The notes under the pieces are model-generated. The model saw nothing but the letters and a program-made list of their open reading frames with translations. It did not search any database and was not told the origin of the DNA. Positions 1-11,146 of a DNA stretch of 64,000 bases are shown one piece after another. The stretch is from Puniceicoccales bacterium (GTDB taxonomy: Bacteria > Verrucomicrobiota > Verrucomicrobiia > Opitutales > UBA9783), in the NCBI GenBank assembly GCA_031260015.1, contig JAIRKR010000045.1:1902-65901 (forward strand), read 5' to 3'. A program made the translations under genes and the position numbers. Each line of letters starts with the position of its first letter. Within the stretch, counting starts at the first letter, position 1.

Positions 1-2052
1 ATGAATTCGGTCGGTCAAATTTAAAGTGAAACGATTCTGCTCATATTTACATTTAAAATAGTCAATTTGACGTTGATACCAATCGAATGCAGGTTGTCGC
101 AATTGTCTTTCCAGCTGTTGTTGATGCAAATACTGAATCAACCCCGGACGTATCCATTCGCAAACCGGATCATCAATTTTTGCGAATATAGGCGGTATGG
201 AATCCCATTCCAAAGCATTGGGCAAATCTGATTCTCCGACCGGTAATACGTCGTAAAGCGAGGGTAAAAATAAGTCTGCGCCCACACCTCTTTTTTGGGT
301 AGATCTACCATCCGGCAAATACCATTTTTGCAGCGTAATTTTTGCAGCACCCAGAATGGATTTTGCGCAAGGAAACAAAGATAATCGGTCCATCTCCACA
401 ACCGCCTGGACAGTCCCTTTTCCGTGCGTCGTTTTGTCTCCAAACACGAGAGCTCTGCGGTAAGTTTGTAGCGCACCGGCAACAATTTCGGATGCGGATG
501 CGCTGAAGCGTGATGTTAAAATAAGCAAAGGTCCTTTCCAAACACACGTATGCGGTTCGGCAAATTGTTGCGTAATTTTTCCCATCGTATCTTTAATTTG
601 AACAACTGGACAATGATCCAAAAACAATCCTGCCAATTTAACGGCCTCATTCAGTAGGCCACCTCCATTACGTCTCAAGTCCAAGATAAGTCCTTCTACA
701 TTGTAGGATTCCAGTTGCAATATAAGTGCCTTTACATCTTCTGAAATGCAGTGCGAATCGTTATTATCTGAAGTTTCTGGACCATAAAAAGCGGGCAAAT
801 CAATTAACCCTACGACGCGACAACATCCTTGATAATCCGGTAAATAAAATAATTTTGCGGAAGCTAAATTGTTTGTTAGTTTAATTTCTTCTCTCACCAA
901 TTCTACGATTCTACGTTCAGAAGGTTCCGCATCAAACGGCTGAACCAACAAACGTACTTTGGAATTCCGAGGCCCTCGAATGAGTTTAACGGATTGCCTC
1001 AATTTCATGCCTTGAATGTTGACAAAATCCTTACTGTCTTGGGCCACAGCTAAAATTTTATCCCCCGGATGTAAACGTTTATCTTGCTCGGCAGGGCCTC
1101 CCGGCAACAACTCCTTAATGACGCACAGGCCATTTTCTTCACTCAAATAAGCGCCAATACCTACCAGGGCGTTGTGTAAACTAATGGAAAAATCTTCCAT
1201 GGAATCCGCCGAAAAAAAAGTGGTGTGCGGATCGTAAAAATGGGCCACCGTGTTGAGAAAAATTTCCTGAATATCTACGGCGTCGATCTTATCAATGCAC
1301 GACAATAAATTATTGTATTGATCCGCCAATTTAGTTTTCGCATCCGCTAAATTTTTCATGCACTGTTCAGCACTCAAAATTTCATCTGCCGGCTCATTTT
1401 TGGCAGATTTAGGCAAATCTTCTCCCCCATCTTCTGCCCAAGCATTTTCCTTTAATTGTACCGCTAAAGTCTCATTCAACAACTCGTGTTGAAGCCGTTG
1501 GAGCCACAGAAGGTCCAATTCAATGCGTGTTTTTGCCCATGACGCTTCTTTGCGATTGGCATCGTAAAACAAATTTTTATTGAAATTAAAGTCACCCTGT
1601 AATCTTTTATGGATCCATCGAATTCTTTGTTCGGCGATGGTACGGTATCCTTCAAATATATTGAATGCGGGTGTTAAACTTCCTCCACGCAGTAGTAATT
1701 CCAATGAAAGCGCGTACTGATGCGTGAAATTCTCCTTATCCGCTTGGGTAAAAAACATACGCTGAGGATCCAAAGTCAGTAGAAATTCTTCTACTAATTT
1801 ATGGCAATCAACTTCGCTAAGGGGTTTCTTTAAAAAGTGTAATTCTTCCAAAAAACGTACCAAGAAAATGGTTTCCGTTCGCATAATCGCCGTTTGAACA
1901 AATGTTTTTCGAGACTTTTCATCACCGGCTACAGGATTACGTGTTTTCTTTGCTTGGACAGACGGCTTGCCTCCCAAATAATAAACAAGTGCGGTACAGA
2001 AAATAATATATTTAAAGGCCGTCAAAAAAAACAAACGAAATTTTTTATTCAT
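1..2052 (-). CDS. Tail-specific / C-terminal processing protease (peptidase S41), partial: 3' end lies beyond position 1
   Basis: Absent from the ORF track because it is open to the window edge. Reverse-strand translation from ATG 2050-2052 gives 684 sense codons. It starts with a signal-like MNKKFRLFFLTAFKYIIFCTALV, then shows S41 hallmarks LILDLRRNGGG (about 658-690), TSRFSASASEIVAGALQ and GDKTTHGKGTVQ. Confidence 0.85.
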   Translation of the reverse strand, partial: MNKKFRLFFLTAFKYIIFCTALVYYLGGKPSVQAKKTRNPVAGDEKSRKTFVQTAIMRTETIFLVRFLEELHFLKKPLSEVDCHKLVEEFLLTLDPQRMFFTQADKENFTHQYALSLELLLRGGSLTPAFNIFEGYRTIAEQRIRWIHKRLQGDFNFNKNLFYDANRKEASWAKTRIELDLLWLQRLQHELLNETLAVQLKENAWAEDGGEDLPKSAKNEPADEILSAEQCMKNLADAKTKLADQYNNLLSCIDKIDAVDIQEIFLNTVAHFYDPHTTFFSADSMEDFSISLHNALVGIGAYLSEENGLCVIKELLPGGPAEQDKRLHPGDKILAVAQDSKDFVNIQGMKLRQSVKLIRGPRNSKVRLLVQPFDAEPSERRIVELVREEIKLTNNLASAKLFYLPDYQGCCRVVGLIDLPAFYGPETSDNNDSHCISEDVKALILQLESYNVEGLILDLRRNGGGLLNEAVKLAGLFLDHCPVVQIKDTMGKITQQFAEPHTCVWKGPLLILTSRFSASASEIVAGALQTYRRALVFGDKTTHGKGTVQAVVEMDRLSLFPCAKSILGAAKITLQKWYLPDGRSTQKRGVGADLFLPSLYDVLPVGESDLPNALEWDSIPPIFAKIDDPVCEWIRPGLIQYLHQQQLERQLRQPAFDWYQRQIDYFKCKYEQNRFTLNLTDRIH

Positions 2053-2061
2053 GCTATAAGA

Positions 2062-2889
2062 TTAAAATTTTCTACACTGCTCAAGCCACTTCTTTTCTTC
2101 TATGGACAGTGACCCCACACCCTCTTCGCGTAACTTTCTTAAAATATCAAAGGGAATAACTTGAACGCGATCATTTTCCATCGAATCCTCTTCTATGTGC
2201 ACTTGATAATTCGTTTTGAATGGAATTTCTCTCTCCTTTTTTTCGCGGCAAGATTCGAAATGCCTCTGGGCTAGGCAGTAAATAAAACCGCACAGCATAC
2301 CTCCTAAATGTGCAGAATTTGCAATGGAAGAATTATTTTGGAGTTCGTACAATACACCATTGATTACTTCGTACCACCAGGTAAAGTAAATTAGCCATTT
2401 AGCTTTTATCTGTACTGGAAAAACAAAAAAAACGAGCAACGACATAGATTTTTCTGGATACGTATGGCAAAAATAAGTCAACAAGGCCATGATACCTGCC
2501 GAAGCTCCCATTAAACAATGCGTATGATGTGCATGGAGAGACAACCAACATAAGCCGCCCCCCACGATCCCACAAAAATATAAAATTAATAGAGCCTTCA
2601 AAGTGAGTTCATGAATTAACAAAAAACGACTCAGAAAATAAAGCATCAGGCCGTTGAACAAAAAATGAAAAAAATCTGCATGTAAAAAAGAATAAGAGAA
2701 CAGCATCCAAAATTTACCTTCCCTTAGACCTGGAAAAGAAAGGGAAAATTGATTTTCAATCCAATGGCTGTTGAACCAAATATTGAAGATTTGCATGCAA
2801 ACAAACACCCCACCGTAAATCCCTATTAATTTTTTTATAAAAGCATCTCGCGGCTGGTAATTAACAGCACGAAAAAACGAATGTTGCAT
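2062..2889 (-). CDS. Rhomboid family intramembrane serine protease
   Basis: 275-aa polytopic membrane ORF with H-x4-H-x3-N (FLHADFFHFLFN), catalytic GASAGI and AHLGGM motifs. It ends 9 nt upstream of the S41 protease start on the same strand. Confidence 0.8.
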   Translation of the reverse strand: MQHSFFRAVNYQPRDAFIKKLIGIYGGVFVCMQIFNIWFNSHWIENQFSLSFPGLREGKFWMLFSYSFLHADFFHFLFNGLMLYFLSRFLLIHELTLKALLILYFCGIVGGGLCWLSLHAHHTHCLMGASAGIMALLTYFCHTYPEKSMSLLVFFVFPVQIKAKWLIYFTWWYEVINGVLYELQNNSSIANSAHLGGMLCGFIYCLAQRHFESCREKKEREIPFKTNYQVHIEEDSMENDRVQVIPFDILRKLREEGVGSLSIEEKKWLEQCRKF

Positions 2890-3053
2890 GATGTAGGTTT
2901 ATATTTTTCTTATCCTAACGGCAAGCTTTAACCATTTTTTTTACAACTACCTGAATATTAAGTTTTAAATCCCTATGTAGGTAGTTTTTTATACTTTTGT
3001 GTTGAAGAAATTTTTTTGCATCTTAAATTCACTTCCACCGCTTACGAAAATCT

Positions 3054-3227
3054 ATGCCAAGAGAACATGTTATTATTGAATGTACCGAAGCACGCAAAGA
3101 AGGAAAACCTGTTTCGCGTTATATGACAACGCGTAATAAAAAGCTTCAGATTGAAAAAGTAGAAAAGATGAAATACAACAGGTTTTTAAGACGCCATACC
3201 CTACATCGAGAAATAAAAGACAAATAG
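3054..3227 (+). CDS. rpmG: 50S ribosomal protein L33
   Basis: 57-codon ORF below the track cutoff: [57 protein letters not shown]. This fits the L33 pattern (Y-x-T-x-x-N-K, C-terminal H-x-E-x-K). Confidence 0.8.
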   Translation: MPREHVIIECTEARKEGKPVSRYMTTRNKKLQIEKVEKMKYNRFLRRHTLHREIKDK

Positions 3228-3359
3228 ATCTTTTTTAAGTTTTTGAGGCTCTTCATTATCGGTGGGGCCGCCAAGGAAGGGGTGTGGATTTCGTCAAAAG
3301 GTAAACCGTTTCTTTTCACTTGAAAATTCCCTAAAGCTTTTTAGGGTTAGGACAGTTGT

Positions 3360-4151
3360 ATGACGGAAACAGATGTTAAAATTTGTGCAAGTCACGTCGG
3401 TAAAGCTTTTACGAGAGGCCATCGTTTTATCAAAGTGTTGGATAATATCTCTTTTTCTGTACAAGCGGGCGAATTTGTTGCAATTTTGGGGCCCAGTGGG
3501 TGCGGGAAATCCACGTTACTAAATATGGTAGCCGGTCTTGAATCTTGCGAAGAAGGAAACATTATCGTCAACGAATATCATACCGCTCAACCCGAACGAC
3601 ATCGCATGATGATGTTTCAGGAAGCAGCCCTATTCCCTTGGTACAATGTACTTGGCAATGTTGTTTACGGCTTACGCTTCAAAAAAGGGTTAACAAATGC
3701 TGAACGCAAGACAATTGCATTGCACTATCTTCGTCTGGTTGGGCTTGATCACTTTGAACGAGCGTACGTTCACGAACTTTCCGGAGGTATGAAGCAACGC
3801 GTCGCATTGGCAAGAGCCTTGGCTCCAAATCCACAAATACTCCTCATGGATGAACCCTTCAGCGCGCTTGATGCACTCACCTGTGAACAGCTCTATAAAG
3901 ACGTTCAAAAAATTTGGAATATGCAACATAAAACCGTACTGCTCGTAACACATAACGTACGCGAAGCCGTCGTGCTAACGCAACGCGTTATTGTACTTTC
4001 TCAGCGTCCGGGAAAAATTTTAAAAGATTTTCCCATTCGGTTACCCTATCCAAGATCTGTACACGATGTGTCGGTGTCCGCACTGGCCAACGAACTCATC
4101 AAAGTACTGCACGAAAAAGATGACGCCGATGATTACGTTTCTTGCATATGA
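3360..4151 (+). CDS. ABC transporter ATP-binding protein (nitrate/sulfonate/taurine NitT/TauT-like)
   Basis: Walker A GPSGCGKST, signature LSGGMKQR, Walker B LLMDEPF, H-loop VTHN. Confidence 0.8.
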   Translation: MTETDVKICASHVGKAFTRGHRFIKVLDNISFSVQAGEFVAILGPSGCGKSTLLNMVAGLESCEEGNIIVNEYHTAQPERHRMMMFQEAALFPWYNVLGNVVYGLRFKKGLTNAERKTIALHYLRLVGLDHFERAYVHELSGGMKQRVALARALAPNPQILLMDEPFSALDALTCEQLYKDVQKIWNMQHKTVLLVTHNVREAVVLTQRVIVLSQRPGKILKDFPIRLPYPRSVHDVSVSALANELIKVLHEKDDADDYVSCI

Positions 4152-4957
4152 AATATCGATTGCCATTTCTAGACTTAAGCATCGTAAAATTTTTACTTAA
4201 AAAAGTAGCTTACCTATTTGTCATCTTGTGCATATGGCAATGTGCATATGTTTTAGGGGGATGTTCTGATTTAATTTTTCCGACCCCCTTCCAGGTTGCC
4301 CGTTTTTTGTGGAACGCTTGTGCCGATGGAACACTTGTGGGCGCCACTTGGATGACGATTAAGCGTCTTATTTTAGGATACGGTATAAGCATGCTGATAG
4401 GGATTCCCCTAGGTATGCTATGCAGTCGATTCTACATTTTGAACGCCTGCATCGGAAAACTGGTTCTAGGGCTTCAAACATTACCCAGCATTTGCTGGGT
4501 ACCGTTAACCTTACTTTGGTTTGGACAAACGGACTGTGCCATTTTATTTGTTGTCACCATGGGTTCTCTGTGGTCCTTGATCGCATCTACGGAATCGAGT
4601 GTGCGTCAAATTCCGAATTTATATATCAAGGCAGCGCGTACTATGGGATCCCGAGGGATTGACTTGTGGTTAACGGTTATTTTCCCGGCCGCCTTACCTT
4701 TCATCATTACAGGTATGAAGCAAAGTTGGGCATTCGCCTGGCGGTCTCTCATGTCGGCAGAAATTTACGTGAGCACTATCCGTGGACTTGGTGTTGGACA
4801 ACTCCTCCACTACGGAAGAGAAATGCAAGCCATGGATCATGTGGTAGGTATTATTCTTGTTATTATTGCCATCGGCTTTATCGCTGAGAAAGTTATTTTC
4901 GCCAATCTAGAAAGAACTTTACACAAACGATGGGGTTTTGTTAAATCACCCCATTAA
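4148..4957 (+). CDS. ABC transporter permease (TauC/SsuC-like)
   Basis: Multi-TM ORF. ATG 4148-4150 overlaps the ATPase stop (ATGA at 4148-4151), which suggests translational coupling. The track start at 4142 is a TTG. No binding-protein gene is adjacent. Confidence 0.7.
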   Translation: MKYRLPFLDLSIVKFLLKKVAYLFVILCIWQCAYVLGGCSDLIFPTPFQVARFLWNACADGTLVGATWMTIKRLILGYGISMLIGIPLGMLCSRFYILNACIGKLVLGLQTLPSICWVPLTLLWFGQTDCAILFVVTMGSLWSLIASTESSVRQIPNLYIKAARTMGSRGIDLWLTVIFPAALPFIITGMKQSWAFAWRSLMSAEIYVSTIRGLGVGQLLHYGREMQAMDHVVGIILVIIAIGFIAEKVIFANLERTLHKRWGFVKSPH

Positions 4958-4992
4958 ACCTCATCCGTTGAATGATAAGCACGCATGAGGTT
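4957..4992. terminator. Possible bidirectional hairpin between convergent genes
   Basis: AACCTCAT (4957-4964) pairs with ATGAGGTT (4985-4992). The loop is long (20 nt) and an A/T-rich tract follows. Weak. Confidence 0.3.
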
Positions 4993-5008
4993 AATTTTAA
5001 AAAATGAT

Positions 5009-5569
5009 TTAATCCTTACGGGCATTTTCTATTACAAAAAAACCATCCAACATTTGGTCATATTGATCACCTAAAATGTCCTTTACACTTGTTTTAAGTG
5101 GGATATTGGCATTCTCCATTTCCGTCAAATCCTCATCGGTTAAAAAGCTTATGAGATACAAAGTTAGGGCTAACATGGCGGGGATTTCATGCAAGTTATT
5201 CCATTTGAAAACTTCCCCTATCTCGTTCGGCAAACTGGTTATTTCGTCCTGAACAGATATTTTCAAGGGCATTGAAGTTTTAAAAAAGTTGGCTTGAACT
5301 TCATTAATGATACGAGAAAGTTCAAACCAGTACGCCGAATTCACTTCCTTAACAAGGGTATTTCTTATTTTTCTAAACATTTTTCTATCGGCACTGCCGT
5401 CCCAAATAGATTTTAGGGGGTTGTAATAACCCTTCTGCGGTACGTCATATACAACGTTGTGATAATGATTATCGAACACATAACTATCCGAAAATTCAGG
5501 GAAGGCTCTTAAAAAGCTTGTGCCGCTTACAAACAAACCCAAAATTAATGATTTATAAAAGTTTTTCAT
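5009..5569 (-). CDS. Hypothetical exported protein
   Basis: 186-aa ORF with an N-terminal signal-like MKNFYKSLILGLFVSGTSFLRAF. No recognisable motif. Confidence 0.5.
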   Translation of the reverse strand: MKNFYKSLILGLFVSGTSFLRAFPEFSDSYVFDNHYHNVVYDVPQKGYYNPLKSIWDGSADRKMFRKIRNTLVKEVNSAYWFELSRIINEVQANFFKTSMPLKISVQDEITSLPNEIGEVFKWNNLHEIPAMLALTLYLISFLTDEDLTEMENANIPLKTSVKDILGDQYDQMLDGFFVIENARKD

Positions 5570-5720
5570 CGTACTAATGTATAACGTCTCTTTTTACGGT
5601 ACCTTTAGGGAAATTTTAACGGCCGTCTAAAAATAAATTTCGAAAATTGTTTATTTCTTTAAAATTGACTTGACTCAGTGAAAATTATGCACAGTTTTAC
5701 TTTTTTCAAAAAATTGTTGC

Positions 5721-7343
5721 ATGTTTATAATCAGACAGGCCAAACGTGAAGGGCTTTTAGGCTTAAAAGCCATTAGAGAAAACCTAATTCCAGGGTGCAT
5801 TGTGGGTATCGTGGCTCTACCCCTGGCGATGGCTTTTGCGATCGCTTCCGGAGTACATCCCGAAAATGGACTGTACACGGCTATCGTGGCAGGTCTATGC
5901 GTATCCATTTTTGGAGGAAGTTGCGTACAGATTGCCGGACCTACGGGAGCATTTATCGTGATTTTGGCCTCCATCACGCAACGTCACGGGATAGAAGGCT
6001 TGCAAATTGCAACACTGATGGCCGGAATTATCCTCATTTTGATGGGATTAATTCGCTTTGGATCCATCATAAAATATATCCCAGAACCCGTAATTGTTGG
6101 ATTTACTTCGGGCATAGGTGTTGTTATTTGGGTGGGGCAATGGAAAGACTTCTTTGGCCTTGATGTACATTTTCACGATTTGCACTTTCACAACAAACTG
6201 ATTGTAATCCTACAAGCTTTCCCAACGCTGGATGTGGCAACCACAAGTATGGCCCTGTTAAGCTTAGGTATATTGATTATCTCAAAAAAGCACCTACAGC
6301 GCCTCCCGGGTGCATTGGTTGCTCTCATAGCAGTCACCCTGATTCAATGGATTTTTAACTTTAACTCCGTTGCAACCATTGGGTCTGCCTTTGGAGGTAT
6401 CCCACAAAAGCTTCCTTCATTTCACTTCCCTGCGTTCACTTTCCCACAACTGTTAGAACTTATGGGACCTGCATTCGCCATTGCTTTATTGGGAGCCATT
6501 GAATCTTTGCTATCGGCTGTTGTGGCAGACGGTATGACGGGAAGTCGTCACGCCTCTAACCAAGAACTCATTGGACAAGGCATTGCAAATATTTTAACCC
6601 CCTTATGGGGTGGTTTTGCAGCTACGGGAGCCATTGCCCGCACCGCAACCAATATTCGAAGCGGTGGATACTCTCCCCTAGCGGGGATCATACATTCCAT
6701 AACACTGATCTTATTCATCATCTTCTTAGCTCCTTTAGCTAGTAAAATTCCACTGGCCGCTCTGTCGGCTATCTTGTTTGTAGTTGCCTATAACATGAGC
6801 GATATCCAACGCTTCTCACATCTTCTTTTGAGAGCCCCAAAGTCGGATAGTACAGTACTGCTGATTACTTTTTTTCTAACCATATTGGGCGATTTAGTCA
6901 TTGCCGTCAATGTTGGAGCCCTGTTAGCTACTTTATTTTTCATGCGTCGTATGGCCAAAAGCGTTCAAATTGAACTCAACAACGAACAAGTATTAAGGCA
7001 CGAAAACATTTCTGGGAAAATACTCGATGGCATCATCGTATATTCCATTGAAGGGCCTTTTTTCTTTGGCGTTATCGAAACGTTTCAAAATGCGCTGACA
7101 AAAGTAAACGACAAAGTTCACACGATTGTTTTGCGCCTAAAGCATGTTTCGTTTATTGATGCCACTGGACTGGATTCATTGCACACGGTTACCTGTTCTC
7201 TGCAAAAAAAGTCGGTGAAAATAATCTTTTGTGAAGCCAACGCGTGCGTGTACGCGCGTATGCGCAAAGCCCGATTGCAAGATTCTTCGCTGATGGATAA
7301 CTTTGATCGTACTTTGTTGGAAGCTTTACAGGTTATACACTAG
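5721..7343 (+). CDS. SulP family anion (sulfate/bicarbonate) permease with C-terminal STAS domain
   Basis: 540 aa. Long polytopic N-terminal region (GIVALPLAMAFAIASG, GAIESLLSAVVADG) and a STAS-like tail (LRLKHVSFIDATGLDSL). Confidence 0.85.
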   Translation: MFIIRQAKREGLLGLKAIRENLIPGCIVGIVALPLAMAFAIASGVHPENGLYTAIVAGLCVSIFGGSCVQIAGPTGAFIVILASITQRHGIEGLQIATLMAGIILILMGLIRFGSIIKYIPEPVIVGFTSGIGVVIWVGQWKDFFGLDVHFHDLHFHNKLIVILQAFPTLDVATTSMALLSLGILIISKKHLQRLPGALVALIAVTLIQWIFNFNSVATIGSAFGGIPQKLPSFHFPAFTFPQLLELMGPAFAIALLGAIESLLSAVVADGMTGSRHASNQELIGQGIANILTPLWGGFAATGAIARTATNIRSGGYSPLAGIIHSITLILFIIFLAPLASKIPLAALSAILFVVAYNMSDIQRFSHLLLRAPKSDSTVLLITFFLTILGDLVIAVNVGALLATLFFMRRMAKSVQIELNNEQVLRHENISGKILDGIIVYSIEGPFFFGVIETFQNALTKVNDKVHTIVLRLKHVSFIDATGLDSLHTVTCSLQKKSVKIIFCEANACVYARMRKARLQDSSLMDNFDRTLLEALQVIH

Positions 7344-7360
7344 ACGAGGCGATAAGCGGG

Positions 7361-8146
7361 CTAACGTTTTAAAAATTCGGATAACTTTTTTCTCAATTTT
7401 GCAATCACTTGAGAATGCATTTGGCAGATACGCGATTCACTTAATTGGAAAACTTTTGCAATTTCCGATAAACGTAAGTTTTCGACGTAGTAAAGGCTCA
7501 GCAATTGTTGCGAAAATTTTGGCAATTCTCTTAAGCATTTTCTTAATATTTGCCGCATTTCTTTTTTCTCAAAGATTTCTCGACCATTATCTTGGCTTAA
7601 ATCAGCTAAAACTTCTTGTAAAGAGTACTTGTCCTCTTCGTCCCCTACAGCGCTGTGAACAATGTCTAATGGAACGTACACTATGGGTTTAGCATACCGC
7701 TTAATACGCTCACCATAAGTTTTATCTACGTGTAAATAATTGCAAATTTCTTCGTTTGATAAAGGGCGTCCAAATTTTTGCTCCAATTGTACAACTTTGT
7801 GCTGAAAATTTTTTACTTTTAATCTTAAACCTCTTGGCAACCAATCTAACCGCCTTAATTCGTCCAACAATGCCCCCTTAATGCGGATAGAAGCATAAGA
7901 ACCAAAAGAACACCTTGCTTCCCTTTTAAAGGTTTGCGTAGCAGAAATTAATCCCAATAACCCTACGGTGTATATGTTTTCTCTATCGGTTACGGTTGAA
8001 CAATGGAGTAACACCTTTCCAACCATTGATTTCAATAAAGGCAAATAGCGCATTACAAGGTCCCAATCGGGTTCCATTAATCCCATTTGTGTGTAAACTT
8101 TTTGCAGCGGTTTACGCTTTTGAGGATCTTTATATAAAACATTCAT
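7361..8146 (-). CDS. RNA polymerase sigma factor, FliA/WhiG (sigma-28) family
   Basis: 261 aa with sigma-70 region 2 (FGSYASIRIKGALLDELRRLDW), region 3, and the region 4 HTH (LRLSEIAKVFQLSESRICQMHSQVIAKLRK). No flagellar genes nearby. Confidence 0.8.
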   Translation of the reverse strand: MNVLYKDPQKRKPLQKVYTQMGLMEPDWDLVMRYLPLLKSMVGKVLLHCSTVTDRENIYTVGLLGLISATQTFKREARCSFGSYASIRIKGALLDELRRLDWLPRGLRLKVKNFQHKVVQLEQKFGRPLSNEEICNYLHVDKTYGERIKRYAKPIVYVPLDIVHSAVGDEEDKYSLQEVLADLSQDNGREIFEKKEMRQILRKCLRELPKFSQQLLSLYYVENLRLSEIAKVFQLSESRICQMHSQVIAKLRKKLSEFLKR

Positions 8147-8444
8147 TGGCTTTTATTACCTTCTTCAAATTTTTTGAACCATCGGTCACTGTGCTTTTAG
8201 GAGTTTGCATTACGTATACCCATTGCATATAAAGCAATTCCCATGCCTACTTTCCAGAATACAAATTCAAACCTTTGAGAGAATCAATCAACCACACGGA
8301 TCGATATAATCTGTGATTTGTTACTTTGAATTTAAATCGGGGGCTTTTCTATTACAGCCAGAACTAATCAATTTTAGGTATCCCTAAAATGAATCCATTG
8401 ACTAAATTATACGCTTCAGAAAATCAACAATGGGAATCATAATC

Positions 8445-9437
8445 CTAATTTTTTATGAATTCTGTCGCGTACAGAAAACCTAATAAAATGTTCGATGGGT
8501 TGCATGAAAGACTTATAAAAAAATTTTGCAACTTTCGAAAACGTGCCGTTTCGCAAGGAATATTTGCCCATGGTGTAAGTTGAGCGTAAACGTAATATAA
8601 GTAAAATAGTTGGAATGCATAAGTTTTCTTTAGCAATTTGACGACAAATTGTGGGAAATCCCAAGGTTTATGCACGGTAAAATGAATACAAACAGGCTTA
8701 CCTAATTTTAAGGTTTTTTTCGCCAACGGAGAGAAAGGTGTAAAATTATATTTAGGTGCCAGTTCAAAAATATTTGATCGATCAATGATAAGATTAAGGA
8801 TGTCCTGTTCTGGGCAAGAAAGTTTCATATTAGGATTTTTTTGTAAAAAATCTAAAACTTTGCACAATGCACGTTCATTCCGCATAACAGTTAAATTTAT
8901 TAACATGACACCGGAATTAAGATAACGTTTGCTTTCCTCTAATCCTAAGTTTGCCTTGAACTTTCTTAACTGCGTATCTTTTATAAAATTATCATCTATG
9001 TACACGGCTCCCAGCCAATGATTTTCCAACGGTTGATCCCATAATTTTCCCAAATCTCCTTCAACAATGATGTCGCTGTCTAGGTAAATGACTTTTTCTT
9101 GATCACGTAATATTTCTGGAATACATACGCGATAAAAGATTGCGGGAGAGAATTGGGCAGGCAATGGAAATTCCTCAAAACAACGCTGTTTAGGGGGTTT
9201 TATTACGTGCAAAGCGTGTTACCCTTTTTGCAAAATATCCATGGACCTAATTCTGTCGAGATTCGGAGTAGATATGCCGCAATCGAAGATATAAAAACTA
9301 AATTTTCGTCCTGAGTTTGCGATCATGGAAGCTATGGTAGCCGATGCATGCCGTACGTAATTATCATCACACGTCAAAACAACGGTTATATCTTTGCAAC
9401 ATTCCATACCTAACCAGTTAATTTTAAGCTTCCACAC
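8445..9437 (-). pseudogene. Glycosyltransferase family 8 gene interrupted by an in-frame TAA
   Basis: Track ORFs 9219..9437 (ITVVLTCDDNYVRHASATIASM, GT8 N-terminus) and 8445..9212 (YLDSDIIV DxD, LNSGVMLINL, HFTVHKPW) are in the same frame. A single TAA at 9219-9221 separates them (...SMDILQKG*HALHVIKPPK...). Confidence 0.7.
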
Positions 9438-9524
9438 ATTACAATAAAAAAGTTTTGCGGTTTCCGTGCAAAAACTCTTTCTTTAAAAGTAAACTTTATT
9501 GTAATTTAATTTATCGCTTCTACA

Positions 9525-10955
9525 ATGAAAACAGCATGGCAATTTAAGACATCGTACGATGTGTGCGTAATTGGAAGTGGTTTATCGGGATTGACGGCCG
9601 CCAACTGCTTGGCAAAATTTGGCCATTCGGTTTTATTACTGGAGCAACATTTTCAATTGGGCGGCCTTGCAGCTTGGTTTAAGCGCCCCGGAGGATACAT
9701 TTTTGATGTATCTTTGCATGGATTTCCCATAGGCATGATAAAATCCTGCCGACGTTATTGGAATAGGGAAATTGCCGATTCTATTGTCCAACTGCCCAAC
9801 GTTCGCTTTATCAATCCGCAGTTCAACTTTTACACAACTTTTGACCGAAAAGATTTCACGGATAGACTGACGCATACCTTTAAGGTTCCTCTAAACATTG
9901 TTGAACAATTCTTCACCCATCTAAGGGCCATGAATTTTTACGATCCCGATGCGCGTACGATTGAAGAACTCTTTGAAGAATTTTTCCCAAATAGGCCCGA
10001 CATCCATCGTTTATTGATGGAACCTATTACGTACGCAAACGGTTCAACATTGCAGGATCCCGCAATTACCTACGGAATTGTTTTTTCTAATTTCATGAGT
10101 CAAGGGGTATACACGTTTAAGGGAGGCACCGACCGGCTTATTCAGGCGATGAGCATGGAATTGCAGAAAAATGGTGTCGACGTTGCAAAAGGTGCCCTTG
10201 TGGAAAAAGTTTTTACGGAAAAAATAGGCGGTCGACCGGTTGTACAAGGCTTACGGGTCAATGGGAAAAACATTGCATGCAAAGCAATTGTTTCAAACGC
10301 AAATTTAAAAACGACTATTCTAAAATGGTTAGATACAAATGCATTGGATGACGCTTTCCTAGAAGCAGTCAAAGCCGTTCGTCTCAATACGAGTTCCTGC
10401 CAAGTCTATATGGGTTTAAAAACGGGAGAAATATTACCCCCCATAGGCGATTTAATCTTTACTTCCGAAGCCCCGCACTTTTCCAGTTCGGAATTGAAGC
10501 TATTGAACACCCAAAGCCGCACTTTTTCCATCTATTATCCACACATCCGTCCCGATCATAAACCCGCCCATTACACGCTTGTTGCCTCCACAAATGCCCT
10601 ATGGGAAGACTGGGAAAATTTATCGGAAGAAGCCTACAAATCTGCCAAAGAAAATCTGAAACAGAGAACGCTGCAGGCTTTGGATAAAATTGTTCCGGGC
10701 ATAGAAGACAAGCTGGGTTGGATTGAAGTGGCTACGCCAAAAACATTTAACCGGTACACGTTGCATGTCCAGGGGGCTTCTTTTGGGACCAAATTTGAAG
10801 GATTGAAGGTCTCTATGGATTTGTCCAAACACGTGGCTGGGTTGTATCACTCCGGTTCCGTTGGCATCATTATGTCGGGATGGTTGGGAACCATCAACTA
10901 CGGCGTTATTACCTCCAATAAAGTCGATGCGTATTTGCGCCAATTGACTGCTTAA
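9525..10955 (+). CDS. FAD/NAD(P)-dependent oxidoreductase, phytoene desaturase (CrtI)-like family
   Basis: 476 aa. N-terminal dinucleotide fold [35 protein letters not shown]. Confidence 0.7.
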   Translation: MKTAWQFKTSYDVCVIGSGLSGLTAANCLAKFGHSVLLLEQHFQLGGLAAWFKRPGGYIFDVSLHGFPIGMIKSCRRYWNREIADSIVQLPNVRFINPQFNFYTTFDRKDFTDRLTHTFKVPLNIVEQFFTHLRAMNFYDPDARTIEELFEEFFPNRPDIHRLLMEPITYANGSTLQDPAITYGIVFSNFMSQGVYTFKGGTDRLIQAMSMELQKNGVDVAKGALVEKVFTEKIGGRPVVQGLRVNGKNIACKAIVSNANLKTTILKWLDTNALDDAFLEAVKAVRLNTSSCQVYMGLKTGEILPPIGDLIFTSEAPHFSSSELKLLNTQSRTFSIYYPHIRPDHKPAHYTLVASTNALWEDWENLSEEAYKSAKENLKQRTLQALDKIVPGIEDKLGWIEVATPKTFNRYTLHVQGASFGTKFEGLKVSMDLSKHVAGLYHSGSVGIIMSGWLGTINYGVITSNKVDAYLRQLTA

Positions 10956-11146
10956 TTTTACAAAACGATTTCAACTTTCAAACCGCGTAATATCCTTACA
11001 GTAAAACAAATTACTCGCCTAATAACAGTATTGCAGTAAAAGGTTAAAACATGGCTCCATTGGCAGCAATGGGGCTCAAATGTAAAAATTATATAAGTTT
11101 AAAAAGATATTTTTTGCATACACAGGGTATGAAACGAGTTTTAAGC

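Noticed and set aside
138-547. Track ORFs 138..485 and 305..547 (minus strand)
   Set aside because: They lie in alternative frames inside the S41 protease reading frame, which carries clear family motifs. They are shadow ORFs.
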